DNA of 64,000 nucleotides from an uncultured bacterium (GCA_943787795.1 CALSNU010000003.1:384001-448000), one strand, 5' to 3'; numbered from the stretch's first letter, positions 22,391 to 31,999 are shown. Numbers and translations: made by a program. The notes: generated by a model from the sequence alone, not told the origin.

Positions 22391-23417
22391 CGAGCTCGCT
22401 GGAGCGCGCGCCGATGGTGGCGCCGATGTCGCTGTACTTCACGTTCATGGCGCGGAAGTCTCCGATGCGGCCGACATGAGCGGGGCGCGGGACGTCCTCG
22501 CGCACTGGGATTTGAGCCGAGCGAGAGGCGGCGAGCCGCGCCTCGATCTCGCGGGTCAGCACCCAGTCGACGAAGCGCCGGGCGTTCTCGGGGTGGGGGG
22601 CGTCCTTGAGGATCATCACGCTGTTGGGGATCAGCAGCGTCCCCAGGGGCGCACCGTCCTTCATCAGCACGCCCGGCCCCGCCTCCTGGTCCGGGTAGAC
22701 GCGCCGGACGGGCGCTCCCTGGAGCCTCGCGACGTTGAAGTCGTCGGTGTCGGTCCAGGCCCAGGCGAGGGCGCCATTCTTGACGAGGGTCATGGATTGG
22801 CCGTTGCTCTCCGGCAGGTTGACGGAGCCGGACTGGTTGGACGTCACCACCCGCTTGAAGAACTCGCGTGCCCAGTCCTCGCCCATGACCTCGTAGAGCC
22901 CGGTGGCGTGGGTCAGCGTCGTCCCTGTGAGCGGGCGGGCGATGCCGCACTTCCCGGCCCAGCGGGGATCGAAGAGGTCCATCGTGCCCTTGGGGTCCTC
23001 GCCGGCTGGGACCAGGTCCGTGTTGACGATAAGGACCCGGGCCCGCGCGGCGAAGCCGGTCCAGCGGCGCTCGGGATCCCGGAAGAGCTCGGGGATCTCG
23101 GCCGCGCTGGGGGAGTCGTAGGGCTCGAGCAGCCCGAGCTCGGCGAGGCGGATGGTCTGCGCGATCTCGTTGTTCCAGAAGACATCCGTCCGGGGGCGGC
23201 CGGCCTCTTCGATGATGGCCCTGACGTGGCCGACCGTCTTGGATTGCTCGATGTCGTACTGGACGCGGACCTTCAGGCCGGAGCTCTGTTCGAAGTCACG
23301 CATGAGCTCCTCCGAGAAGACCTGGTCGAGGGACACGCGAACGACGAGGTCCGGCTCCGAGCAGGCGCTGAAGGTCGCGACGAGAACAGCGGGCAGGAGG
23401 ATTCTGGGGAGTCTCAT
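22371..23417 (-). CDS. ABC substrate-binding lipoprotein, Fe3+ (FbpA/FutA-like) class
   Basis: Lipobox FSA|C, DVFWNNE, WTGFAARARVLIVNT, TDTDD, APHPENARRFVDWVL; start taken at MRLPR. Confidence 0.88.
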   Translation of the reverse strand: MRLPRILLPAVLVATFSACSEPDLVVRVSLDQVFSEELMRDFEQSSGLKVRVQYDIEQSKTVGHVRAIIEEAGRPRTDVFWNNEIAQTIRLAELGLLEPYDSPSAAEIPELFRDPERRWTGFAARARVLIVNTDLVPAGEDPKGTMDLFDPRWAGKCGIARPLTGTTLTHATGLYEVMGEDWAREFFKRVVTSNQSGSVNLPESNGQSMTLVKNGALAWAWTDTDDFNVARLQGAPVRRVYPDQEAGPGVLMKDGAPLGTLLIPNSVMILKDAPHPENARRFVDWVLTREIEARLAASRSAQIPVREDVPRPAHVGRIGDFRAMNVKYSDIGATIGARSSELGETFIR

Positions 23418-23520
23418 GTCCTGGAAGATAGGCACCCCAGACCGGCGGGCCACACCCCGGCACGAGGATGTCGCCGAAATCGGCCGCTAGGGCCCAGGAT
23501 GTGACGGCAGAATCCGGCGC

Positions 23521-24309
23521 ATGCTTTCAACCATCCTCCTGCTGCTGCCAGCAGGCTTCGACCCTCAAGGGGCAGAGGTCGAGACCTTTAGCCTCTTCCA
23601 TCCCGTTCCAGCGGACGCTCTCCGCCCCCTGTCCTCGGATCGTCCGGACGCCACGGAGAGCCCGATCACCGTGGACGCCGGGCACCTCCAGTTCGAGGTG
23701 AGCGTCGTCGACTGGACCCGAGATCGAGGCCGGGACCGCTTCGTGGGGTTCCAGACCAACGCCAAGGTCGGCCTCTCGGACCGGACGGATCTGCAGTTCC
23801 TCGTCGATCCCTACATCCGCCAAGACGCGGAGCTGGGCGGCGATGACTCGGGGATCGGCGATGTGGTGACCCGCCTTAAGGTCAACATGTGGGGCAACGA
23901 CGGCGGGGACTCCGCCTTCGCCCTGCTGCCCTTTGTCAGCTTCCCCGCGGGTGGGGATGTGGGGGGCTCCGAGATCGAGGGCGGCCTCGCCCTCCCGTAC
24001 GCCACGAGCCTGGGGGCGGTGAGCCTGGGCCTCATGGCCAGCTTTGACGCGGTGCATGATGACGTCGAGGATCGCTACGACCTTGAGGTGCTCCACACGG
24101 CGGTGGCGGGGTTCACCCTGGACGATCACACCGGGAGCTACCTGGAGTACGCGGGGATCGCGGGCCCAGACGACTACATCGCGACCCTGAACCTCGGCCT
24201 GACTCGCAATCTCTCGAGCGAGACGATCGTGGACCTTGGCGCCCGCGTGGGCCTGACCTCCGCGGCGGACGATATCGGACTGTTCTTCGGCTTTACCCGT
24301 CGATTCTGA
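23521..24309 (+). CDS. Putative outer-membrane beta-barrel transporter (MetA-pathway/ZbrA-like family)
   Basis: LSSDRPDATESPITVDAGHLQFE, SGIGD..RLK, amphipathic strands, terminal FFGFTRRF. Confidence 0.8.
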   Translation: MLSTILLLLPAGFDPQGAEVETFSLFHPVPADALRPLSSDRPDATESPITVDAGHLQFEVSVVDWTRDRGRDRFVGFQTNAKVGLSDRTDLQFLVDPYIRQDAELGGDDSGIGDVVTRLKVNMWGNDGGDSAFALLPFVSFPAGGDVGGSEIEGGLALPYATSLGAVSLGLMASFDAVHDDVEDRYDLEVLHTAVAGFTLDDHTGSYLEYAGIAGPDDYIATLNLGLTRNLSSETIVDLGARVGLTSAADDIGLFFGFTRRF

Positions 24310-24352
24310 GCGGCGCCTCTTCGCGGTCCAGCTGAGGCCTTACCGAGGCCCA

Positions 24353-24396
24353 GCTGGGGCCTCGCTGGGGCCTCGCTGGGGCCACGCTGGGGCCAC
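24353..24396. repeat. Intergenic tandem repeat, 11-bp unit GCTGGGGCC(T/A)C x4
   Basis: Read directly from sequence; two degenerate copies precede it. Confidence 0.9.
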
Positions 24397-24596
24397 GGCG
24401 TCGGGTGACGGGGAGGTCGACGGGCGGGAGCGACCCCTCTTCCGGGGCATCTTCTGCTCGGCTCTCGCCTGCCAGCAGGTCGGCCGCACCGCGGTCGGGC
24501 TGGGCCGCTAATATCTCCGGCCCGCGCTGGCGCCGCTGTCGCTCCTGGCCCGCGCAGGGCACTCGCACCCCGAGTCCCCATTCCTCGATAGATCCA

Positions 24597-25772
24597 ATGA
24601 CGCTCGCCAACCGCATGCAGGTCCTCGGGACCGAGACCGCCTTCGAGGTCTTCGCCAAGGCCAAGGCCCTTGAAGCCACGGGCAAGGACGTGGTTCACCT
24701 CCACATCGGAGCCCCCGACTTCGAGACCCCGCCCAACATCGTCGAGGCCGGGCGCAAGGCCCTGGCCGACGGCTACCACAAGTACACCCCGGCGAAGGGA
24801 CTCCCCGAGCTCCGCGAGGCGGTCGTGGACAACGTGCGCGAGTTCCGGGGCGCGGAGATCGACGCGGACAACGTGCTCATCGTGCCTGGCGGCAAGCCGA
24901 CGATGTTCTATGCGATCATGATGTTCGGCGAGCCGGGCAAGGAGATCGTGTATCCGAACCCCGGGTTCCCGATCTACGAGAGCCTCATCCACTGGTCGGG
25001 CGCGAGGCCGGTGCCGTATGCCCTGCCCGAGGACCGCGGCTTCTCGTTCTCGGCGGAGGACGTGCTCTCCAGCATCACGCCCCAGACCTCGCTGCTCATC
25101 GTCAACACGCCGGCCAACCCCACCGGGGGCGTCGTGCCGCGCTCGGAGATGGACGCCCTCGTGGCCGGCCTCGAGCAGCACCCGCACGTGACGATCCTCT
25201 GCGATGAGATCTACAGCCGTCAGCTCTACGACGGTGAAGAGCATGTCTCGATCCTGCAGTACGAGTCCGTGCGAGATCGCGCGATCATGCTCGACGGGTG
25301 GAGCAAGACCTACGCCATGACGGGCTGGCGACTGGGGTACGGGGTCTGGCCCTCCGACCTCGTCGCGCACGCAGAGCGGCTGCAGATCAACTCCAGCTCG
25401 TGCGCCAACGCCGCCACGCAGGTGGCAGCGATCGAGGCCATGCGCGGGCCCCAGAGCGCGGTGGACGAGATGCTCGAGGCGTTTGATGGCCGGCGGAAGA
25501 TCATCCACGAGGAGCTTAACGCGATTCCCGGCTTCTCCTGCGTCATGCCCAAGGGGGCCTTCTACGCCTTCCCGAACACCTCCGGCACGGGGATCTCGAG
25601 CCGTGTGCTCGAGGACGAGCTCCTCAATGAGGCTGGCGTCGCTTGCCTCGCCGGGACGAGCTTCGGCGACTTCGGCGAGGGGTACATGCGCTTCAGCTAT
25701 GCCAACAGCGCAGAGAACATCCGCGAGGGGCTACGCCGGGTGCGGGCGCACCTCGAGCAGCGGGGGAGCTGA
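24597..25772 (+). CDS. PLP-dependent class I/II aminotransferase (aspartate aminotransferase-like)
   Basis: IGAPDFETP, NTPANPTG, DEIY, SKTYAMTGWRLG, PKGAFYAF; start taken at MTLAN. Confidence 0.93.
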   Translation: MTLANRMQVLGTETAFEVFAKAKALEATGKDVVHLHIGAPDFETPPNIVEAGRKALADGYHKYTPAKGLPELREAVVDNVREFRGAEIDADNVLIVPGGKPTMFYAIMMFGEPGKEIVYPNPGFPIYESLIHWSGARPVPYALPEDRGFSFSAEDVLSSITPQTSLLIVNTPANPTGGVVPRSEMDALVAGLEQHPHVTILCDEIYSRQLYDGEEHVSILQYESVRDRAIMLDGWSKTYAMTGWRLGYGVWPSDLVAHAERLQINSSSCANAATQVAAIEAMRGPQSAVDEMLEAFDGRRKIIHEELNAIPGFSCVMPKGAFYAFPNTSGTGISSRVLEDELLNEAGVACLAGTSFGDFGEGYMRFSYANSAENIREGLRRVRAHLEQRGS

Positions 25773-25776
25773 GGTC

Positions 25777-26805
25777 ATGGGGGCAGACTTTCGGAGCGAC
25801 ACCGTGACCCGGCCGTCCGCGGCCATGCGGGCGGCGATCCTCGAGGCCGAGGTGGGCGATGACGTGCTCGACGGCGACCCGACGGTCCGGCTCCTCGAAG
25901 AGGAGGCCGCCGCCTGGCTGGGCAAGGAGCGCGCGCTCTTTGTCCCCTCGGGCACCATGGCCAACCAGGTCGCTCTCGGCGCTTGGACTTGCCCAGGAGA
26001 CGAGATCATCTGTCAGCGCTGGGCCCACGTGACCACCTACGAGGGTGGTGCCGCCGGCTTCCTCCACGGACTGCAGTCCATGACCCTCGGCGGCCGCGAT
26101 GGACGGATGAGCGCCGCGGAGGTCGAGGAGGCCATGCGCCCTGACTTCATTCACTGCCCCAAGACGGCCCTGGTCTGCCTCGAGCAGACTCACAATGTCG
26201 CCGGAGGCGTCGTGGTCCCCATGGAGGAGGTCTCGGCCATCTCCGCGGTCGCTCGTGGCCGCGGGGTCCCCGTGCACCTGGATGGCGCGCGGCTCGCGAA
26301 TGCGGTCGTGGCCTCAGGGATCCCCGCGGCGGACTGGACCGTCCACGCCGACTCGGTGTCCCTGTGTCTCTCCAAGGGCCTCGGGGCGCCCGTGGGGTCC
26401 GTGGTCGCCGGGGACGCCGCCTTCATCGAGCGCGCCATGCGCGTCCGGAAGCGGCTCGGCGGCTGGATGAGGCAGGCCGGTCTCCTCGCTGCAGCTGCTC
26501 GGGTTGCGCTCGCAGAGAACGTCGGACGCCTGGCGCTGGACCATGCCCTGGCGCGCGAGGTGGCCGAGCGCCTCGGCAGGATTGACGGCCTGGAAGCGGA
26601 TCCCTCGCTGGTGGCCACCAACATCGCCATGGTGACCGTGGACCGAGAGGGTCTCTCAGCGGCTCGGGTGGCGGAGCTTCTCGGTGAGCACGGGGTGCAG
26701 GTCATGGCGATGGGGCCGCAGGTGCTGCGGTTCGTCACCCACCTCGACCTCGCCGCGGGTGACGTGCAGCGGCTCGAGGAGGCCGCGCAGGCGGTCATGG
26801 CTTGA
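25777..26805 (+). CDS. ltaE: Low-specificity L-threonine aldolase
   Basis: DFRSDTVTRP, GDDV..DPTV, PSGTMANQ, EQTHN, HLDGARL, CLSKGLGAPVGS, GG.MRQAG. Confidence 0.93.
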   Translation: MGADFRSDTVTRPSAAMRAAILEAEVGDDVLDGDPTVRLLEEEAAAWLGKERALFVPSGTMANQVALGAWTCPGDEIICQRWAHVTTYEGGAAGFLHGLQSMTLGGRDGRMSAAEVEEAMRPDFIHCPKTALVCLEQTHNVAGGVVVPMEEVSAISAVARGRGVPVHLDGARLANAVVASGIPAADWTVHADSVSLCLSKGLGAPVGSVVAGDAAFIERAMRVRKRLGGWMRQAGLLAAAARVALAENVGRLALDHALAREVAERLGRIDGLEADPSLVATNIAMVTVDREGLSAARVAELLGEHGVQVMAMGPQVLRFVTHLDLAAGDVQRLEEAAQAVMA

Positions 26806-27077
26806 CCGAATTGCGCCCGGTCGCGGACAGTTTTACCTTCTCATTTCGGGAGGCGACGGGGCCCTTGCGCGTGGGCTAAGGACGGGGCAACGGAGTCGAG
26901 GAACCTCTTCGGCAGATGCCCGCTGGTCGATTCGAGACAACCCGCCGCAGTGCGACAAGGGGTCCGCGGGTGTTGCTTCTTGCGGACTGTGGTTCGGGGG
27001 TGGACACTCGCTGCTGAGATCGCTCCCCGGCCGGGGAACGCGCCGCCGTTGATCGTTCTTCCACAGCTCTCCACTTC

Positions 27078-28694
27078 ATGAGAATTCTCCCCATCCTCGC
27101 AGCTGGCCTGCTCGCCTCCTCGCTCTCGTCCAGCGCCGCAGCTCAGTGCCCCGGTTCACAGCCTGGCGCTGACGTCATCGTTGGCCAGATCCCGAACATC
27201 TCGAACTACGGGCAGCTGAACGGCATGGCCGCTTACGCGCTGGGGACCACGTCCTGCAACGTGGGAGACCAGGAGCTGCTCTGGTTCGCGAACAACACGA
27301 ACCACCCGGTCATCGGGCAGAACATCTACCGCCTCGAGAACGGGCGGTTCGAGCAGGTCGGGATGAGCTGGCTGAAGCACGGCTTCACCGCGCTGCAGCA
27401 GAACCTCTGCTGTAACTGCAACAGCTCCGGCACCGGCTCGCGCCTCGGTGTTGGGTGCTCGGATCCGTACAGCTCCGGCCTCAACGGTTCGCAGAGTGGC
27501 CTCGGCCCGAAGTTCCAGGTCAACGCCTTCACCGGCGCGTTCAACTACCCGTTCGCCCAGCAGGGCCAGACGGGCGACCGGATCTTCAAGCGCATCCAGG
27601 TCCCGGTGGACGACGTGCTCGCGTCTCAGCACCCGACGGCCCGCTACTTCGGTGAGGCCCAGTACATCGCCCCGGACGACGCGGCGGCCGGGAACGGCTT
27701 CAACAACGTCTCCTGGTGCAACCTCAACCGTCCGCAGTCCGGCACGAGCCTCAGCATCGGCGGCGGTACGAACCGCGAGCAGGCTGCGATCCGGGCCTGG
27801 GCGGTCTACGAGCCGAACGCCACCGTCACCGACGTCAACGTCCCCGGTGAGGGTCAGTTCGTTCTGGGTCAGAACGTCATCGATCTGGGCAACGGCACCT
27901 GGCGCTACGAGTTCGCGATCTTCAACAACAACAGCCACTTCAGCGGCGAGTCCTTCTCCGTGCCCGTCGGCACCGGTTCGACTCTCCTCGACGTCGGCAT
28001 GTCCTTCCCGCACTACCACTCGGGCGAGCCGTACACCAACACGGCCTGGACCGGGACGCAGGCGGGCGGCGCGATCACCTGGAGCACCGAGGCCTTCGCG
28101 GTGAACGAGAACGCCAACGCGCTCCGCTGGGGAACGACCTACAGCTTCTGGTTCACCTCCAACGGTGAGCCGACGGCTGGCACCGCCACGCTCGGCCTCT
28201 TCCGCCCGGGCAACCCTGGCGACCAGCAGGTCTCAATCCTGGTCCCTGGCGACCCCTCGGGCAGCGGCGCCGTCATCACCAGCTACTGCGACGCCAACCC
28301 GAACTCCACCGCGGTGGCCGGTGATATCACCGCCAGCAACGTGGATCAGTCCGCTCGTACCATGGAACTCGAAGCGAGCAACCTCCCGGCGAACTCCAAC
28401 GGCTTCTTCATCTCCTCGCTGGATCAGGCCTTCGTGGCCGGCGCCGGCGGCAGCGCGGGCAACCTCTGCCTCGGCGGCAGCATCGGCCGCGGCGTCGCGG
28501 GTGGGATCAAGTCCTCCGGGAGCACCGGGGCCTTCTCCGGCACCGTTGATCTGGACGCCATCCCCACGGGGAACGGCAGCATGTCGGCCATGACGGGGCA
28601 GACCTGGTACTTCCAGGCCTGGCACCGTGACAGCCTCATCCCCGGCTTCACCACGTCGAACTTCACCGACGGCGTGAGCGTCCTGTTCTTCTAA
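27078..28694 (+). CDS. Secreted multidomain protein: lysyl-oxidase-like N-terminal domain, beta-sandwich middle, distinct C-terminal module
   Basis: Sec signal ending AAA|Q; Asn/Gly/Ser/Thr-rich, Cys-containing; strong C-ending codon bias; domain calls are by motif reading (see findings). Confidence 0.85.
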   Translation: MRILPILAAGLLASSLSSSAAAQCPGSQPGADVIVGQIPNISNYGQLNGMAAYALGTTSCNVGDQELLWFANNTNHPVIGQNIYRLENGRFEQVGMSWLKHGFTALQQNLCCNCNSSGTGSRLGVGCSDPYSSGLNGSQSGLGPKFQVNAFTGAFNYPFAQQGQTGDRIFKRIQVPVDDVLASQHPTARYFGEAQYIAPDDAAAGNGFNNVSWCNLNRPQSGTSLSIGGGTNREQAAIRAWAVYEPNATVTDVNVPGEGQFVLGQNVIDLGNGTWRYEFAIFNNNSHFSGESFSVPVGTGSTLLDVGMSFPHYHSGEPYTNTAWTGTQAGGAITWSTEAFAVNENANALRWGTTYSFWFTSNGEPTAGTATLGLFRPGNPGDQQVSILVPGDPSGSGAVITSYCDANPNSTAVAGDITASNVDQSARTMELEASNLPANSNGFFISSLDQAFVAGAGGSAGNLCLGGSIGRGVAGGIKSSGSTGAFSGTVDLDAIPTGNGSMSAMTGQTWYFQAWHRDSLIPGFTTSNFTDGVSVLFF

Positions 28695-28713
28695 GAGCCG
28701 CTCCGGAGACTCG

Positions 28714-28750
28714 GCGCCTCGCCCTCCCGCTCGCGGGGGGCGAGGCGCTT
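28714..28750 (+). terminator. GC-rich hairpin after the secreted-protein gene, probable terminator
   Basis: GCGCCTCGCCC..CCCGC / GCGGG.GGGCGAGGCGC inverted repeat with only a short T tail. Confidence 0.55.
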
Positions 28751-28868
28751 CCATAGGCGCCCCTCGGCCGCGCTAGTGCCCGGTCCCGGTCCGCCCGACG
28801 GAGCGGAGCGAGGATTCGGGCTCCCTACTCGTCGCCGCTCGCCCGCAGTGACTATCCTGCTGCCGATC

Positions 28869-29816
28869 ATGAATCAGAACGCCAAGCTCACCGTCGTCGG
28901 CGCCGGCTACGTCGGCTCGACCTGCGCTCATCTCGCCGCGCTCAAGGACCTCGCGCCGGAGATTTGCCTGATCGACATCGCGGAAGGGCGGCCCCAGGGC
29001 ATCGCCCTGGACATGAACCAGTCCGCAGCGGTGGAGGGGTTCGCGAGCCGCGTGGTCGGCACCAATGACCCGCGGGACACCTACGACTCGGACGTCTTCA
29101 TCGTCACGGCGGGTCTCCCAAGGAAGCCGGGGATGAGCCGCTCTGATCTTCTCGAGGTCAACGGCAAGGTCATGCAGAGCGTCGCGGAGTACATCCGTGC
29201 AGGCTCGCCGGAGGCCGTCGTCATCGTCGTGACGAACCCTCTCGACTCCATGGTGACGCTCATGCGTCACTGCCTCGGGTTCCCCTCCCGGCGGGTCGTC
29301 GGGATGGCGGGGGTCCTCGATGCGGCGCGCTACTCATGGTTCATCTCCGAGGCCACCGGCGCCGCCGTGCAGGACGTCGATGCGATGGTGCTCGGCGCCC
29401 ACGGGGACTCCATGGTGCCCATGCCGGACCGCTGCACCGTCAATGGCATTGGAGTGTTGGATCTCATCGACCGCGCCGCGGTGGAGGCCATGGGCGAGCG
29501 GACGAAGAAGGGCGGCGGCGAGATCGTCAAGCTCCTCAAGACCGGCAGCGCCTGGTACGCCCCGGCCTCGGCGTCGGTGGCGATGGCCGCCTCGGTCCTG
29601 CGCGATGAGCGCCGGATGATGCCCTGCGCCTGCTTGCTGAACGGCGAGTACGGGCTGGAGAACCTCTACATGGGCGTCCCGGCCATCCTCGGGCGCGGGG
29701 GCGTGGAGCGCATCGTCGAGCTGCCCCTGAAGACCGAGTCGCGGGCGTTGCTCCAGAAGACGGCGGGAGCGATCCACGACGATGTCCTCGCCATGCGCGA
29801 TCTCGGCCTCTTCTGA
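28869..29816 (+). CDS. mdh: Malate dehydrogenase (LDH-like type)
   Basis: VVGAGYVG, TAGLPRKPGMSRSDLL, VTNPLD, GMAGVLD, LGAHGD, GGGEIV.LLKTGSA. Confidence 0.96.
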   Translation: MNQNAKLTVVGAGYVGSTCAHLAALKDLAPEICLIDIAEGRPQGIALDMNQSAAVEGFASRVVGTNDPRDTYDSDVFIVTAGLPRKPGMSRSDLLEVNGKVMQSVAEYIRAGSPEAVVIVVTNPLDSMVTLMRHCLGFPSRRVVGMAGVLDAARYSWFISEATGAAVQDVDAMVLGAHGDSMVPMPDRCTVNGIGVLDLIDRAAVEAMGERTKKGGGEIVKLLKTGSAWYAPASASVAMAASVLRDERRMMPCACLLNGEYGLENLYMGVPAILGRGGVERIVELPLKTESRALLQKTAGAIHDDVLAMRDLGLF

Positions 29817-29907
29817 TCCACTTCCGACCACCGCACCTCCCAGAGCCGGCCGTTGGGTCGGGCCATGACCGTTCACCAGGGCCCGCGTTCATCGCGGGTC
29901 TCGTTCC

Positions 29908-31308
29908 ATGACTGACACTCGCACCGAATCCGACTCCATGGGGCCCATCGAGGTCCCCGCGGATGCCCTCTGGGGCGCCCAGACCCAGCGCTCGCTCCAC
30001 AACTTCAAGATCGGCGAGCAGCGCTTCACACGCCCGATGATCCGCGCCCTCGGCCTGGTGAAGAAGTGCGCCGGTGTGGTGAACAGCGAGCTGGGGGAGC
30101 TGGACGCCCTCGAGCCCGCCGCGCGCGAGGCCCTGGTGGCGGCCGCGGCCGAGGTGGTCGACGGCAAGCACGACGACGAGTTCCCCCTGGTCGTCTGGCA
30201 GACAGGCTCCGGGACCCAGTCGAACATGAACACCAACGAGGTGATCTCCAACCGAGCGATTCAGATGCTCGGTGGAACGGTCGGCTCGAAGGACCCGGTC
30301 CACCCCAACGACCACGTCAACCGCGCTCAGTCGTCGAACGACACCTTCCCGACGGCCATGCACGTGGCGGCCACCGAGGAGGTCGTGCGGACCCTGGTTC
30401 CCGCCCTGCACGCCCTCGCAGACGCCTTCGCGGCCAAGGGCGTGGAGTGGGACGGGATCGTGAAGATCGGCCGGACTCACCTCCAGGACGCCACCCCGCT
30501 GCGGCTGTCGCAGGAGGTCTCCGGCTGGCGTCAGCAGGTGCTCGACGCGATCCGCGGCGTGGAGTCCACCCTGCCCGCCCTCTACGAGCTGGCCCAGGGC
30601 GGCACCGCGGTGGGGACCGGCCTGAATACCAAGCCGGGCTACGATGAGCGCTTCGCGGCGCAGATGGCCGACGAGACAGGGCTGCCGTTCGTGACCGCGC
30701 CGAACAAGTTCAGCGCCCTCGCCGGACACGACGCCCTCGTGCTGTGCCACGGCGCGCTGAAGGCGGCGGCGTGCGCCTTGATGAAGATCGCCAACGACGT
30801 CCGGTGGCTCGGGAGCGGGCCCCGCTCCGGGCTCGGTGAGCTCAAGCTCCCCGCCAACGAGCCGGGGTCCTCGATCATGCCGGGCAAGGTCAACCCGACC
30901 CAGTGCGAGGCCCTGACGATGGTCTGCGCCCAGGTCCTGGGGAATGACGCCTGCGTGGGGGTGTCCGGCAGCCAGGGCAACTTCGAGCTCAACGTGTACA
31001 AGCCCGTGATCATCCATAACGTCCTCGAGTCCATCCGGCTCCTCGCCGACGGGGCGGACTCGTTCCGTGAGAACTGCGTGGCGGGGCTGGATGTGGACCG
31101 CGAGCGTATCGACCACCTCATGCGCCAGTCGCTGATGCTCGTGACCGCGCTGAACCGCCATATCGGGTACGACAACGCCGCCAAGGTGGCCAAGAAGGCC
31201 TACGAGGAGGGCACCACCCTCGTGGAGGCGGTGACGGCTCTGGGGCTCATGACCGAGGACGAGTTCAGCCGCGCGGTGGTCCCCGGAGAGATGACCGGGC
31301 CTCGCTGA
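29908..31308 (+). CDS. fumC: Fumarate hydratase class II
   Basis: [47 protein letters not shown]. Confidence 0.98.
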   Translation: MTDTRTESDSMGPIEVPADALWGAQTQRSLHNFKIGEQRFTRPMIRALGLVKKCAGVVNSELGELDALEPAAREALVAAAAEVVDGKHDDEFPLVVWQTGSGTQSNMNTNEVISNRAIQMLGGTVGSKDPVHPNDHVNRAQSSNDTFPTAMHVAATEEVVRTLVPALHALADAFAAKGVEWDGIVKIGRTHLQDATPLRLSQEVSGWRQQVLDAIRGVESTLPALYELAQGGTAVGTGLNTKPGYDERFAAQMADETGLPFVTAPNKFSALAGHDALVLCHGALKAAACALMKIANDVRWLGSGPRSGLGELKLPANEPGSSIMPGKVNPTQCEALTMVCAQVLGNDACVGVSGSQGNFELNVYKPVIIHNVLESIRLLADGADSFRENCVAGLDVDRERIDHLMRQSLMLVTALNRHIGYDNAAKVAKKAYEEGTTLVEAVTALGLMTEDEFSRAVVPGEMTGPR

Positions 31309-31422
31309 GCCCCTGTGGCAGGGCTTTGTCGCGGATTTCGACGATCGCATGCACCGCGCGGGGCCTCCGGTTCCTATTCTTCCTCCCCCGAAAGTTCGCC
31401 GCGCCCCTGCGCCCCGAGACCG

Positions 31423-31548
31423 ATGAAGCTCAAGATTCGCAACAGCAAGTCCAAGAAGGCCAAGAAGACGGGCTTCCTCAGCCGTCAGAAGACCGCCGGC
31501 GGCCGGAAGGTCAACAAGCGCCATCGCGCGCGCCACGGCAGCTTCTGA
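31423..31548 (+). CDS. rpmH: 50S ribosomal protein L34 (divergent)
   Basis: 41-aa very basic peptide MKLKIRNSKSKKAKKTGFLSRQKTAGGRKVNKRHRARHGSF with the L34 core GF..R..T..GR.V..R.R. Confidence 0.82.
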   Translation: MKLKIRNSKSKKAKKTGFLSRQKTAGGRKVNKRHRARHGSF

Positions 31549-31565
31549 TTCGGCAGCTTCTGATT
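31536..31565. repeat. Exact 15-bp tandem duplication CGGCAGCTTCTGATT spanning the rpmH stop codon
   Basis: Copies at 31536-31550 and 31551-31565. Confidence 0.92.
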
Positions 31566-31681
31566 CTGCGACCTGCTTAGAGATGTGCGCGGCTGCCGCC
31601 CCTCCGGGGCCGGCTTCGCATCAGGCGGCCTTACCTGGCGGTGGGCCGCCTCTCTCGTGCCTGCCCTTTCGCGTGAATTCT

Positions 31682-31722
31682 GCATGGCTGGCGCATGGCT
31701 GGCGCGTGGCTGGCGCGTGGCC
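31682..31722. repeat. Intergenic tandem repeat, 11-bp unit GC(A/G)TGGCTGGC x about 3.6, degenerate copies follow
   Basis: Read directly from sequence. Confidence 0.85.
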
Positions 31723-31999
31723 TTCCCATGGCCGGTGCATGACTGGCGCGCGTCGGAGTGAGCCCTTGGCGAGACAAGCCCGGCGGGGTGGCGAGCGCTC
31801 CGTTCCGTCGAGCGTCTTGCCTGGGAGCCCTCCCAGTCACGACCTGCCATGTCGGGATCAACTGTGCCTAGACTAAGGAGGGACCCGCCCCCGCCTGTGC
31901 GCCGAGGCGGCGGGCGGCCTGCGCTCGGCGGCCAGGGTCCCGGGCCCCGGTTCACGGCGGCCGCTCTGTCAGGCGCTCTCCGCAGAACCCCCAAGACCC

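Noticed and set aside
31316..31332. Sigma54 promoter (TGGCAGGGCTTTGT) upstream of rpmH
   Set aside because: Spacing is one base short of GG-N10-GC and the -12 GC is absent
29536..31536. Long antisense ORFs (666 aa here; also 10222-12135, 21801-23504, 49117-50745, 58800-60626)
   Set aside because: They mirror well-supported genes on the other strand, as expected from high-GC codon bias, and show no recognisable motifs
31566..31999. Structured ncRNA (RNase P, SRP, tmRNA, 6S) in the long spacers here, at 26806-27077 and at 51854-52320
   Set aside because: GC hairpins are present, but I found no diagnostic motif such as GAGGAAAGTCC or a tRNA-like T-loop; a covariance search could still find something
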